64,000 bases of DNA from Eledone cirrhosa. Taxonomy: Eukaryota. The position numbers were made by a program, and so were the translations under genes. This document shows positions 44,969-60,065 of the stretch, piece by piece; position 1 is the first letter of the stretch, and each line of letters starts with the position of its first letter. Location of the stretch: assembly GCA_964016885.1 (NCBI GenBank), contig OZ024750.1, positions 17,670,001 through 17,734,000 of the forward strand, in the 5' to 3' direction. Below the pieces are notes generated by a model. That model searched no databases. It had not been told where the DNA came from and worked only from the letters and a program-made list of their open reading frames with translations.

Positions 44969-47367
44969 AATAAAGAAATCATTATTATTATTATTATAGT
45001 AATGGTCACAAAAGCCTGCTGAGCAGGTAATTAAGGTGTTTTACTGATTACCAACATTGGAATGTTGCCACGCTGGGACAAGAGTTTTCAATCAGTTATA
45101 TTAAACTCAGTATTTTCTCTGCAAGAAACGGTACTCTTTAAACCTGGTACGAACAGCGATATAGTGTACTATTGGCAATATAAAATAAACAGATAAATAA
45201 ATAAAATTTCACGGGAGATAACTCTGTCAGTTTTAAAAATCTGCTAAAAAAAAGGTAACTGTGAATTAAATTTGACTGGTACGTTATTTGATCAATCTCA
45301 GTGGTATGTTAACTCAGAATGTAAAGAACTGAAACTAATTACTGCAAGTATTTGTCCAACGTTTTAACTATTTTACCAATTCATCCTCCTTTTACAATTT
45401 CTTTCCACACTGGCACATGTGTTGTCAAAGTCCAATGTCTGAAAGATAAGAGCAACCCACGTTGCTCATTACGTCATCATTGTTTAACGTCCATTTTCCA
45501 CGCTAGCATGGGTTAGTTGGGTTGTCCCATTAGAGTCAAGTTGGATCAGGTGACAATTGGATCTTGCTCATATAGAACTGTTTCAGGCTAGATGTCTACG
45601 GCTGGTTGACCTTCCTAACGCCAACCACATTTACAGTGTGTGCTGGGTGCTTTTTGTCAGGACTCCTACACGACCACTTTACAGTTCCATTCACATTGTT
45701 AATCTGTGAAATTAAAGGAAATTTAAGGGATTGTTAGAGCTGTAGGCAACAAGGGGTTTCTCTCTCCCAGTAAAAGGAACATTTCATAGAAGAACATGAG
45801 TCACACCTTACTGTATCATAGTAAAACTGCTGTGAATTGGCAACATTGTTAGGGCATCATGTAAAATGCTTTTTAGCATTTGTTCTGAGTTCAAACCTCG
45901 CCACAGGGTCAATAAAGTACCAGCCCAGGGATGGTAGATTGGCAGAATTGTTAGAGTGCTAAACAAAATAATCTGTGGTATTTGTTTCCAACATTAAACT
46001 TTTTTTTTTTTGTCCCATTTACCCTGAGGTATCTAAACAAAAGTAAATTTAGTTTACCTCTCTCCAATTGATAAAGAGGAAATTTTACAATACAAATGGA
46101 GGTTGCAGGCTACAGTCCCTCTGTGGGTGCAACATTTTGTCCAACCCATACCAGTATGCAAAGATGGATGTTAAATAATTGTTTCTACTTTAGGCACAAG
46201 GCCAGCAATTACCCAGTGCCTTACTGGTACTTTATTTTATCGACCCCGTAAGGATGAAAGGCAAAGTCAACCTCGGTGGGATTTGAATGTTAAATAATGA
46301 TGGTGATAAATGGAGAGAATGACAGACAACAGTATTTTCCTCAAAATTAGACCCCTATATTGACAATGCAGTAATTAAGAAGCATAAAACACAGATCATT
46401 AAGTCACAAATGATAGAAATCAAACAAATTATTTTAATAAACAAAATAGGCCAACTTCAAATTTTCTTCTCAACTTCAGATTGCTTTTTATTTATAATTG
46501 AAAAAAATATGTACAAATCCAGAATCATCAAATTTACCCCCGTGTAGGATAAATTTCACTCCTGGGGGACATTTAACCCTAGATTGGGAACCCTTGACCA
46601 AAGACATTGGATCGTTTATGTAGAGATCATCATCATCATCATCATCACTGCATTTCATGTTTGTTTTCCATGCTGGCATGGGTTGATATGGTCTAAGGCA
46701 AGCCATGGTCGGAGAACTATGTCTTGCTCATATGTTTCATATTTTGGTAAGGTGTCTACATCGAGACACCCTTCCTAACACCAACCACTTTACAGAGTAT
46801 GTTGGCTGCATTTTATTGTAGTACCAGCACTACCACTTTACAGAATGTACTGTATACATTTTACCATGGCACCAATACCACTTTATAGCATATACAGGGT
46901 GCATTTTATCATGGCACCTGCATAGATAGCTACATTATCTCTATATTAAGATATAATGGTATTAATTTGGACAAGTGGATGGAAGATACATACTAGGTGA
47001 TACCGTGAATTGAAAGTGAGGTTAAGGATTCATTTAGAATTTAAATATTTGTAAAATAAAAGAGAAAAAGAAAATATTGTTAAAAATTGGTAATTTATGA
47101 TAAATAGAAAATAGTTTGTTTTATTCATATAGATTATATCACATAAACACTCATTGAAAGAGAGGATATCTCCTTCCATTTTTATTTCTTAACAACCCCA
47201 GCTATTTTATGTAACAGTTTGGTGGTGGTGGTGTTGGTGATAGGGTTAATTTGGTCATGGTGGTGGTGTTATTTATTTCCAATTTCAACTTTGTTGTTAG
47301 AAATTTTAAGAGGTGTAAGTGTATACATATAGACATATACATATATATATTATATTATATATATATA

Positions 47368-47543
47368 CTGGTAAAATTCTGTTATAAAGAATACCATTAT
47401 AACAAATTTTTCAGCATAACGAAATATTTTTCAATCCCCAGCCACATGCTCCATGTGTTAGGTCGATCTCATTATAAAGAATTTTTCGTTACAACAAATT
47501 TATTTTTAGGCCCCGCGAATTTCATTATAACAGAATTTCACTG
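47368..47543. mobile_element. pogo/Tigger-type MITE
   Basis: TA|ctggtaaaattctgttataa ... ttataacagaatttcactg|TA. Confidence 0.7.
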
Positions 47544-47544
47544 T

Positions 47545-49862
<2,318 letters not shown>

Positions 49863-50444
49863 GTAATTTTCAATTGAAGGAATAATAATAATAAAAATAA
49901 TAGACAGCCCCACCCTCAGAAAAAAACATATCTTTTAATTTGCATATAATGGGTACTGTTTCCATGATGATCTAACAAAATAACAATCATCGTTAAAAAA
50001 TGGAGAATCTTTTTCCATTTCCACAGAAAAGCTTGGCAGGTTTAACACCATCATAACCATGGTAACCAATAATAATCACCTTGTGTCCATGATAGGATTA
50101 AAGGGGTCAAATTTAAGAAAAGAAAGTCTTCTTGGGGTCCCATTGACCCATCATCACTATGAAGAAGATTAATCAATAATTAATATGTTTCTTATGATTA
50201 CAATTATCGTTAATTAATCTGGGGAGAAAATGTTTTTTTTTAATTAATTTATTCATTTTATTTTTTAATTCTGTTTCTTCCTCTTTGTAAACTTTTCCAA
50301 GTTTCATCTCTCCTGTTGCAACAGTGACGACAACAGCAGTAGTAGTAGTAGTAATAGTTTTATTATTATTAGTAGTAGTAGTAGTAGCAGCAGCAGCAGC
50401 AGAGTGAATTAGTGCACAGCTCCAGCTAATACAACCCATGGTCT

Positions 50445-50560
50445 TTAACAACAACCACTAGATCTCTGCTCTGCTGGTTCATCTTCAACAACCATTACAG
50501 TTTTCCTGTTGTTTGTTCCTCTCTTCGTTTGATTATGACTTTCAGCTTTTTCAATCATAC
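50445..50560 (-). CDS. RAB21: Rab21 last coding exon (C-MIEKAESHNQTKRGTNNRKTVMVVEDEPAEQRSSGCC*)
   Basis: cccAG acceptor, phase 1; hypervariable tail ending in the CC geranylgeranylation motif and TAA. Confidence 0.95.
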
Positions 50561-51180
50561 CTGGGATGGTAGATCAGACAGACAGAAGAAAGAAAGAAAG
50601 AAAAAGAATAAATGTGAGTGACAATACAAATAATCAACAAACATAATAATTCTAACATTGAAACAAGGCCAGAAACTTTTGGAGAAGGGAACAGCATCAT
50701 CATTGTTTAATGTCCATCTTCCAAGATGGTCAGGTGACCGTGTCTCGCTCGTATAAAACTGTTTCTGACAGGTTTTCTCTGGCTGGACGCCCTTCCTAAC
50801 GCCAACCACATTTACAGTTGATTATATTAACCCTAGGTCAGCCTTGATAGAATAGACCTAGGAGCAGATGCATAGCAGCCTTGTTCAGAATATGGATAAC
50901 AGAGTGGTAGAATTGGCAGATAGATAGATAGATAGATAGATATACAAAATAAAAAATAGATAGCCGGAAAGACAGACCCTGGAAGGATCAATAGCAAAGT
51001 TGACCTCAGCAAGATCTGAACTTAGAACATAAAGAGATGGCTTATATACTGCTAAGGATTTGTTCAATGCTATAACGACTATATCAATCCACCATATTCT
51101 CTATATTATGTCTGTCTCTCACACACACAAATACACACGCAAGCATAAAAGGGAAGTAAGCGAGAGACAATAAAACCTAC

Positions 51181-51269
51181 ATTTACTGAGGTCTAGAAAC
51201 AGTTCTTCAGTCCCTTTGTTCAGTTTGGCAGAAGTGTGGAAATGTTTGGCACCAACTGATTCAGCATAA
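51181..51269 (-). CDS. RAB21: Rab21 exon (S-YAESVGAKHFHTSAKLNKGTEELFLDLSK)
   Basis: 89-nt phase 2/1 exon, ttttAG/GTagg; G5 box TSAK; phases match both neighbours. Confidence 0.96.
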
Positions 51270-51626
51270 CTAAAAGAGAAAGAAATTTACAACAATAAGA
51301 ACTATAAGAGGAATTTACAACAAGGTTAATAGGAATTTAGAATAGGGAAGGATTATAGGGGAAATTTACAATAAAGATATTTTAAACTATATCTAAGACA
51401 TGGACATACTGGATAATGTAGTCCAAAGTACACTATTCCTACCAGGATAATCATGGATTTTACCTTAAGTCTGCTTGATCAAGGAAGGCCAACTTAGAAG
51501 GCTTAAAGGGTAACAATAATAGCAACAACATTCACTAATTTGTGTAAATAAAGACCTCACTTAGAAAAAGTTAATTTAGAATATTTAATTTTCAACAAGA
51601 AATATTTCATTATCAGCAGTACTTAC

Positions 51627-51745
51627 CTCTCTGCATCAGATACAGAAACATGTCGATCTTTCTCTAAATCTATTTTATTACCAGCAATACACAAACAGAT
51701 GTCGTTCCCTAACATTTTGCGGAGTTCTTTCACCCAATTCTTCAC
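51627..51745 (-). CDS. RAB21: Rab21 exon (VKNWVKELRKMLGNDICLCIAGNKIDLEKDRHVSVSDAE)
   Basis: 119-nt phase 0/2 exon, ctaaAG/GTaagt; G4 box NKID. Confidence 0.96.
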
Positions 51746-52109
51746 CTTTAGAAATAAAGACAAAAATATCAGATAGATACATAAGAATTTATTTTATTTT
51801 CACTATTTTATTAACAGAAGTTAAAGTTAAAAAGTTAAAGCTTGTCCAAAGCCGAGAGTTCACCTCAGTTTCATGTAATGTTAAGTGACAGAGGATACAG
51901 TCTATCACAAGGTTAAACACCAGCTGCCGCTACACATATCTTTTAGCTGAGTGAATGGGAACAATGTGAAATGAAGGACTTTGCTCAAGGACACAATGCG
52001 CAGCTGGGTACAAGAATTGAACCTATGATCTTATGATCGTGAGCTGAACACTCAACCATTACAACGCATTTTTATTTTGAGTTTTGGAAAAGTAAATATA
52101 CAGCAATAC

Positions 52110-52332
52110 TTATTATACAGGGTTTGTTTATAATATATATCAATCAGCTTCTAACACTGGAGATGTATTAGTGTTAGCTGTTCATTACCAGTGAACTGAG
52201 GTAACTCATTTTTCGAGTACTCTCCGAAGTATTCAAGCTGTGCTAATCAATGCTGTTTTTTGTAACTGTTCCATCCGTATTGCAATCCATATTTGTTTAA
52301 TGTACTTCTCAAGATCTCTACCAGTTCCGGTT
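52110..52332 (-). mobile_element. R4/Dong-like (REL endonuclease) LINE 3' fragment
   Basis: Minus strand reads LEKYIKQI..EQLQKTALISTA*ILRRVLE*, typical of the R4-clade C-terminus. Confidence 0.65.
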
Positions 52333-52334
52333 AT

Positions 52335-52890
52335 AAGCTGAATCCATCATTAAGATTGCCACGCTGCCCTCCTTTAACAAGGAAGGGCAGGCAGTTTTTA
52401 TCTGACTGGTGGCCATGGCAAAAGAGGTCATGTGGTTGGCACGTTTGAAAGGGCTGAAGAGAAGCGCTTACCTCTTCGGCAAAGTCCTGATTAACTTTTT
52501 CAAATTTTATTTGAAAAGAAAAATCAGGGTGGAGAGCGAAGTGATCCCTTCCCAGCAGGTTGTTGAAAGATGGGTGAGAGAGGCGAGCATGGCCCGAGTG
52601 AATGGGACAGCTCTGAGTATGCGTCTGTAGATTAGATGTGGAAAACTGGGAGAGGGCACTTGCGCTAGTGGTCAGGGTCACCATGGCTTTTTGTGGGCTC
52701 TCTCCACGAGTAACCCTCGGAAGTCGCCCCATTATTTGTTTCGATTTTTGTTACATCATTTGTATTTGTATACATGCAGAAGCCTATATTTGTAGTCCTA
52801 TGCTGTCCTTAATGTATTTATTTTGTAAAACCTTTTGTGGTTAATAAAGAACACATTATTATTATTATTATCATTATTATTATTATTATT
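52335..52890 (+). mobile_element. Tx1/L1-like LINE 3' fragment
   Basis: LVAMAKEVMWLAR...ERW C-terminus, 3' UTR with AATAAA and (ATT)n. Confidence 0.55.
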
Positions 52891-53304
52891 ACAGTCATAC
52901 ATTCGGCGTATAGGGCGCAGGCAGATTCGGACTCAAATTTCGAGGGTAAAAATAAAAATCTTTTACACACGAGAAAGTTCAGTTTCAGAAAATTAGAAAT
53001 AAGCTAAAAATGAACGTGTGAAGGGAAGTAACTCATCATTAACCAAAAACAAGATTTCATTGATAGGTTGACGGACAGAAATAAACTAGAGGAAGTGAAT
53101 GTGATTGTGTGGCAACAATGCCCTTCCCAACTAATTAAAACCATAAAGGATGTGACATGGTGAGTGAAATAATATAGTATAATAACTGTTTAAGACAAGA
53201 GAGTTTAAATTTTACTGAACCCCAATATGTTTTCTTAATTACAAAATCTCCCTTTTTTTAACCATAAAAAGGGGAGATTTTGTAAATATAATTTGTCATT
53301 ATCA

Positions 53305-53516
53305 ACCCTTTTGTAGCTACATTTCTAATGAAAGACTGCCTATGATCAAGAATTTGGAAGGGTTTAGTAATATAACTAACTTTTTCTTGAAGTTGGTGTT
53401 TGAAACAGAAAAGTTCCTACAGAACATTATGATGGAAAGATTTTAGATAAATATAAACACATTAAAATAAAAGCAACTTATATCTTATAACAAGAGGTTG
53501 TTTGGTAACAAAAGGG
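53305..53516. mobile_element. piggyBac-like MITE family 2 in Rab21 intron
   Basis: cccttttgtagc ... gtaacaaaaggg|TTAA; body similar to 8065-8287. Confidence 0.65.
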
Positions 53517-53530
53517 TTAAACTTTCCTTA

Positions 53531-53865
<335 letters not shown>

Positions 53866-53868
<3 letters not shown>

Positions 53869-54170
53869 TCATCATCATTTCATTTTACGTCCGCTTTTTC
53901 CCTGCTTGCAAGGGTGGGACGGGAACCGATTCTGGCTTCACTTCTACAGCTGGATGCCCTTCCTAACACCAACCACGTTTACAGTGTGGACTGGGAGGTT
54001 TTTACCGTGTTACCTACACGGCCACATTACAGCGTGGACTGTCTGTTTTTTTTCATGACACCTACACGACCTCATTTATTTCGGACTGGATGTTGTGGTA
54101 CCAACATAACTTTACAGTGGATGGGGTGGGGGTGTATTTTTGTTAGAGGTGCCTACTGACTGTAGGTTTC
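53866..54170 (-). mobile_element. SINE-like family C
   Basis: Inverted relative to 62880-63268; tail shared with family A. Confidence 0.8.
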
Positions 54171-54293
54171 GCTTTGTACTTTATACTTATAAACTGTGTG
54201 CTGTACTAGTGTTAAACAGAAGTCAAACTGGATTATTAGACAGCTTGGTACAGAATGATAACAATAACAATGACAATAAAATAACAACAACAA

Positions 54294-54454
54294 TAATTAT
54301 TTCTACTTTTGGCACAAGGCCAGCAATTATTCCAGTGTATTACTGGTACTTTATTTTATCGACCCCGTAAGGATGAAAGGCAAAGTTAACCTCAGCACGA
54401 TTTCAACTCAGACCATAAAGGGCCGTAACTCTTTGCTGCAAAGCATGGCGTCCA
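54294..54454 (-). mobile_element. SINE family B in Rab21 intron
   Basis: Same motifs; 3' fragments also at 44283-44376, 46177-46287, 55370-55530. Confidence 0.85.
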
Positions 54455-54634
54455 ATTTAAAGAATCTAATCTTTTGATTTTTCAATCATTCCTGTTCTAT
54501 TAATTAGGATGTGTGTTTGTGCATATGTGTACGTATGTGTGTTTGTGCGTATTACTTGTATGTGTTGGCATTCACACACAATGGATTCAGCTGAGTCCAA
54601 CTAATGAATCCACAACATTGTGGATTCATTAGTG

Positions 54635-54711
<77 letters not shown>

Positions 54712-55859
54712 TCTAAAATCTGTCTTAATCCATAAGGTTCATTTGGCTGGTGCTTACTCCAGTTTTATGGCATGAAGTGACAGAGTACAAGACACCCCTG
54801 GACAGGACACCAGTCCATCGCAGTATATATATATGTATATATTTGTCTCTCTATATATATATGGATTGAAAATTAAATTTACTGCTCACATCTATGAAGG
54901 TTTAGCTCTAGGGAGGTATCTCTCTCAGTTGATTTAATGATGGGAGCCCCAGTCCTTCCATGAAAACAAAATTTGAAATGAACTGTCTTGCTCAAGTACA
55001 CAACATGCCACTTAGACCTTCAATGGAACCCATGATCTTATGATTATGAGTATAACACCATGAACATATGCCTTTACAATATGTGAACTTGGAGCTATAA
55101 TGAAAGACTCTTGCCCTAGTCAGCACAGAGTGTAATTGAACCTGTAGTCACATGATTGTGAAGTACTCCTTAACCACATGGCAATACCTGCACTTATTTT
55201 TCTCTCTTCATCCCGTGATCCCTGATGGTGTCATAGGGGCGCCGTAGTCACATACGGTGCTTTTTGGGGGTATTTTAAGCCTGGCAGAGCCCATCCTACA
55301 CCAGGTCTGAACACAGCAGATTTCTTCCAGAGAAGGATAGAAAAAAAATGAGAAAGAGATATAGAGAAAGAATTAATCCCAGTACTAGACTGGTACTTTT
55401 TATATCAATCTCAAAAGGATGAACAGCAAAGTCGACCTCAGCGGGATTAGAACTCAGAGAGCAGAGTGCTGGAATGAATACTGTAAATCGTTCTATCCGA
55501 TGTTCTAATGACTCTGCCAATTCATCAACTAAACTGCTCTTATGGAAGCTATGCAGAAACTTTATGGCATGATTTGTTTCAATGCAAACATGACCTGTCT
55601 GAGCAATAAGATAATTTGAAACTGGCCTTAAAAATACTACCACTAGCTACAAATAGGATCTTCCAATTCATGATGGTTACAAAAAGATAGAAAAAACAAT
55701 AGAAACATTACCAGTCTGAGAAAAAAGACATTTTAAAACTGATCTTTAAAAAACTACCATGGTTAGAGGTGAAACAGAATTATTTGACTGTTCTTTGTCT
55801 GTCCTCACCCCCTTTTTTTAGTTTTATTTTCTGTCTTGTTTTTGTTTACACACACATAC

Positions 55860-55924
<65 letters not shown>

Positions 55925-55931
<7 letters not shown>

Positions 55932-56230
55932 GTGAGGTTTTTTTTACAAATTGAAAAATAACCGAGGTGTCCAACACGAGTGAAAGTATAAAGAAAAAGA
56001 GATGAAATCGAAAATGCAACTGGAGTCTTATTTTTTTTTTAAATATATATATTTATTTGGTTCCTTTACCAGTTTCGCAGTTCTTCTGCTTTTCAAAAGG
56101 TGAGTTGAGATGGAGGGTCTGTGGTTTTTCTCACATCAGATGTGAGAAAAACCACAGTAAAGGAACCAAATAAATATATATATTTTTTTTTAAAATAAGA
56201 CTCCAGTTGCATTTTCGATTTCATCTCTTT

Positions 56231-56234
<4 letters not shown>
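55925..56234 (-). mobile_element. Fold-back hammerhead element in Rab21 intron
   Basis: Outer arms 55992-56069 and 56157-56234; inner perfect hairpin 56119-56157; (TA)n both sides. Confidence 0.8.
56063..56100 (-). ncRNA. Hammerhead ribozyme with U3-A8 core
   Basis: cctt TTGAAAA gcag aagaa ctgc GAAA ctgg TA aagg: perfect stems I and II, GUA site. Confidence 0.75.
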
Positions 56235-56281
<47 letters not shown>

Positions 56282-56334
56282 TATATAGTATATTATTTTT
56301 CTACCATCTCATCCCTCAATATTTAGTGGATAGG

Positions 56335-56390
56335 CTTGGCTAATGAACTTCAAGGTGGATATCGTGATGAAACCTATTTGTGGTAACAAG
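56335..56390 (+). ncRNA. Degenerate hammerhead
   Basis: cttgg CTAATGA ... GAAA cc tatttgt gg TA acaag; G5 mutated, weak stem II. Confidence 0.35.
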
Positions 56391-56955
56391 AATCAAAAGG
56401 GTATTAGATACCTTTCTTAGTCTGTTATGGTTGACCAGCTTTACATGGACAGTTAAATTGATTAAATGAATAACCTCATGAAATAAACATTGTGTTAATT
56501 AGGAATAATGAAACATACATAGAGGATTATAGTATGTCAGTTAATATAACATATAACCTACCCAAAGGGTTATATATAGTATTCCAGACAAAGTGTATAA
56601 CCTCATCATCCTGTAGCCTCAGCCATAACAGACTCAACAATTATCTCCATGTGGGTATGTCACTCATTGCATTGCCTAGATCCTAAGCATCAATACCAAA
56701 GTCTCAGGCTATGACAGCTGGAAAGAAGGGCTTGCAGCCTCTGGCTTTTGACAGATGTTGGTTGCCTAAGCACTAAAGGAAACAGCTTCATTTGAGGCAT
56801 GATAGCAATGGCCAGCAAATCACACCCTCCTCCTTCACACAATAACAGAAATACAAGGGAGACCATTGTATATTTCTCTGTCTTATGCTGCTTCCAGCTT
56901 AAATTTGAACAACCTACTCAAAGCGTATGTCAGACAAAGTATATAATTTACTTAA

Positions 56956-57155
56956 TCCTTTAGCATTTAAACCGGCCATATCCGGCCAGAATTCTCTCAC
57001 CTCATTCTGCTCATACTGATGTTAAGATATTGTTCTCAAAATAAATAATATCAAACTCTCATAGATTTGATATTATATGAGATAATTATGTGAAGTAAAG
57101 CCTTTACCATGAAAAATACAATAGCAATTATAGAGTAATGTAAATGCTAAAGGAA
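56956..57155. mobile_element. piggyBac-like MITE family 1, about 30 bp from a Rab21 splice donor
   Basis: TTAA|tcctttagcattta ... taaatgctaaagga(a)|TTAA. Confidence 0.75.
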
Positions 57156-57190
57156 TTAAGGTATGCCAGACAATAAAATATATAACTTAC

Positions 57191-57250
57191 CCATAGAGAT
57201 AAATTCACTCGTTTACCACCAATGTTAATTTTTCTATTTAGACATGAGGC
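57191..57250 (-). CDS. RAB21: Rab21 small GTPase, first coding exon present in window (ASCLNRKINIGGKRVNLSLW)
   Basis: 60-nt phase 0/0 exon, tttgcAG acceptor and GTaagt donor; matches the Rab21 segment ASFLTKKLNIGGKRVNLAIW and joins in frame to the DTAGQE exon. Confidence 0.93.
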
Positions 57251-57540
57251 CTGCAAATGAAATAGAAAAGATCATTCTTTAGATATTTTCAATTTGAATG
57301 AAATAAAAAGAAAACAGAGCAGTGGATTGTTCTAATTTTGTTGAACACAATAGCTGTCACACATGTTCTGACATGAAACGTTTCAGATAGGAGGGTTGAT
57401 GGTTTAATTCTTATATTCATTTATATGGAACAGTTTTAATTAGTCAATAGTAAATGATATAGATTTCTGAACTGAAAATTTAATTTGAAAGATAATAATA
57501 ACAACAACAACAACACAATAATAATAATAATAATGTCAAT

Positions 57541-58625
57541 CCTTGCATGTCATAGACAGCAGCTAAAAGTGCTGGCATCAGGAAAGACCCCCTTTTGTTT
57601 GTGGCATATATTAATGACATAGATGCCAACTTAAAGAATGCCACAGTACTAAAGTATGTAGATGACATCAAGCTGTACCTTGAGATAAAAAGGACAGATC
57701 CTGAACACTATAGATCTTGCTTGCAGTCTGACCTGGACACAATGCAACAATGGATCTCAGACTGGCAACTCAAGCTAGCTGTGGACAAGTGCACCACCAT
57801 GCATTTTGGGAGTAAAAACCCAGCGTCCACATACTCCCTCTACAGCACTAATATCAAGAAGTCTTCTTGTGAACGTGACCTGGGCATTACGGTCAGCAGC
57901 GATTTGCGTTGGACGAAGCACGTCTCTAAAATTGTCAAGAGGGCTGAGGGTGTCTTAGCATCACTCAGCAAGACCTTTGTCAGCCGCTCTCCAGCTATTT
58001 ATTTAAGACTGTACATGGCTATGGTGCGGCCACACTTAGAATTTGCATCACCAGTCTGGAACCCCTATCTTGCTCAGAACCTTGACCGCCTGGAAACTGT
58101 TCAGAGACGTGCAACCAAGCGAATACCCCCCATCAAGCATCTACCATACACTGAGCGCCTTGCTTCCCTGGGCATGGATACATTGAAGCTCCGACGCCTG
58201 GCAACTGACTTGGTAAACACCCACAAAATTGTTAACCATCTTGCCAACAACAACCCTGAGTACCTTTTTGATTTCCATGTGTCTATCAAACTTATGGGCA
58301 TGCCCATAAAGTCAGAAAACAGTACAGTTCCCATGACTTTCTGAAACATTTTTTCACACTCAGAGTTGCTGAAGCATGGAACAAACTACCTGCATCGGTT
58401 GTTAGCTGTCGAGACACTGCATCCTTTAAGGCCTCCATGCTTCCCGAGATTCGCCAACACTACACCTAATGTTCCCCCTCCATACACATACACACATGTA
58501 TATCATGACTCATACACTATTCACTTCCCTGACATTTGTGTATTATTCTATGTACTATACATGCACCTTTGACGAGTTGTAGTGCACCTGAGCTCTTTAC
58601 ACAATAATTTCATTATTATTATTAT
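57541..58625 (+). mobile_element. 5'-truncated CR1-clade LINE (RT C-terminal half plus 3' UTR), antisense in Rab21 intron 1
   Basis: ORF 57595-58344 with FVAYINDI, KYVDD, ERDLG, VRPHLEFASPVWNP, VQRRATK; (ATT)n tail. Confidence 0.93.
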
Positions 58626-58864
58626 AACAAGCAAGATTGGTCACTGATCCATTCAACCCATGCCAAAGTAGAAAGTAGACATAAAATGATTATGGTTGGT
58701 TTAATTCTTCAGATTCTTAGTTCAAATCTCACTAAGATCAACTTTGTCTTTCATCCGCCCTGGGTCGATAAAATAAATACCAGTGAAATACTGAAGTTGA
58801 TATAACTGAATTTAAATCTCAACATTGTGCCCCTATTGTTTGAAATTAATATTACCAGCTAATG

Positions 58865-59200
58865 AAGTGGTCTACATTTCACGTCTGACATGAGCCTTTT
58901 ATCAGCCCGGGGGGGGGGGGGGGGGGGGGTCTACATTTTACATCTGACCTGGGTTTGTTACCTGCTTTGGGACCTACATTTTACATCAGGCTTGGATCTG
59001 TTACAAGTTTTGGGGGCTTACATTTCACATCTGGCCTGAACCTATTACTAGATTTAGAAGCTTATATTTCACATTTGGCCAGACTCTGTTACCATCTCTG
59101 CAGATATACATTTTACCAGTTTTGGGGGCCTATATTTCACATTGGGCCTGGGTCTATTACCAGATTTAGGGTGAAGTAGCAGGGGTGTCTACATTTTACA
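58865..59200. repeat. Degenerate about 36-bp minisatellite with a long poly-G run
   Basis: Recurrent ggtctacattttacatctg..c units; G run at 58909-58929. Confidence 0.7.
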
Positions 59201-59819
59201 TAAAACTGTATACTCCAATTTTTAATATATGAATTAATTGCAGTTATTATCAACTTGATAGTTAAACCTTTTATGAGTAATCTAATACCTAGTGAACTAT
59301 CAAGCATCACCACTACCACCATCATCATCACATACACTACTCACTCTCTCTAAATATCCTCACCACAATTTTCAGAACTACTTCACATTCACTAAAACTA
59401 TACTTCAGCCATCATAATTATATCTTTCTTACAACTTCCTCTGCCATGACAACTGACTCAATCTTTAATCTGCAACAATATTTTTATAATTCCCCTACTC
59501 ACTACCCACTCCAACACTATTTCGCTAAATCTTAAACCAAAGCAGGTTACACCACCTCATATCTCCATCACCATCATCATCATTGTCATCACTATTTTAT
59601 GTCTATCTTCCAAGCTGGCATGGGTTAAATGGGTTACCATATTCTGAGACCTCACAGGTCAGATAACCAGGCATTACTCAGACATTTTGTTATCGTTGGC
59701 CGAGTGGTTAGAACATCAAATTAAATGTTTTGCTGCATCAGTCCTGGATCTCTGTGCCAAGAGTTCAAATTCTACAGAAGCTAATTTTGCCTTTCAGCCT
59801 TTTGAGGTTGATAAATTAA

Positions 59820-60021
59820 CCCTTTCGCATTTAAACCAGTCATATCCAGCCAGAATTCTCTCACCTTTTCCTGTTTAATCTGGCCATAACTGGCCACTCA
59901 TACTAATATTAAGGTATTGTTCTCAAAATAAATAATATCAAAACCTCGTAGATATTATGTGGGATAAAATGTTTACTCGTGAAAATATAATCTTTATATA
60001 TATATATATATAAAAGCGAGG

Positions 60022-60065
<44 letters not shown>

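Noticed and set aside
57595-58344. Host gene (249-aa ORF)
   Set aside because: Truncated CR1 reverse transcriptase with a 3' frameshift, not a cellular gene.
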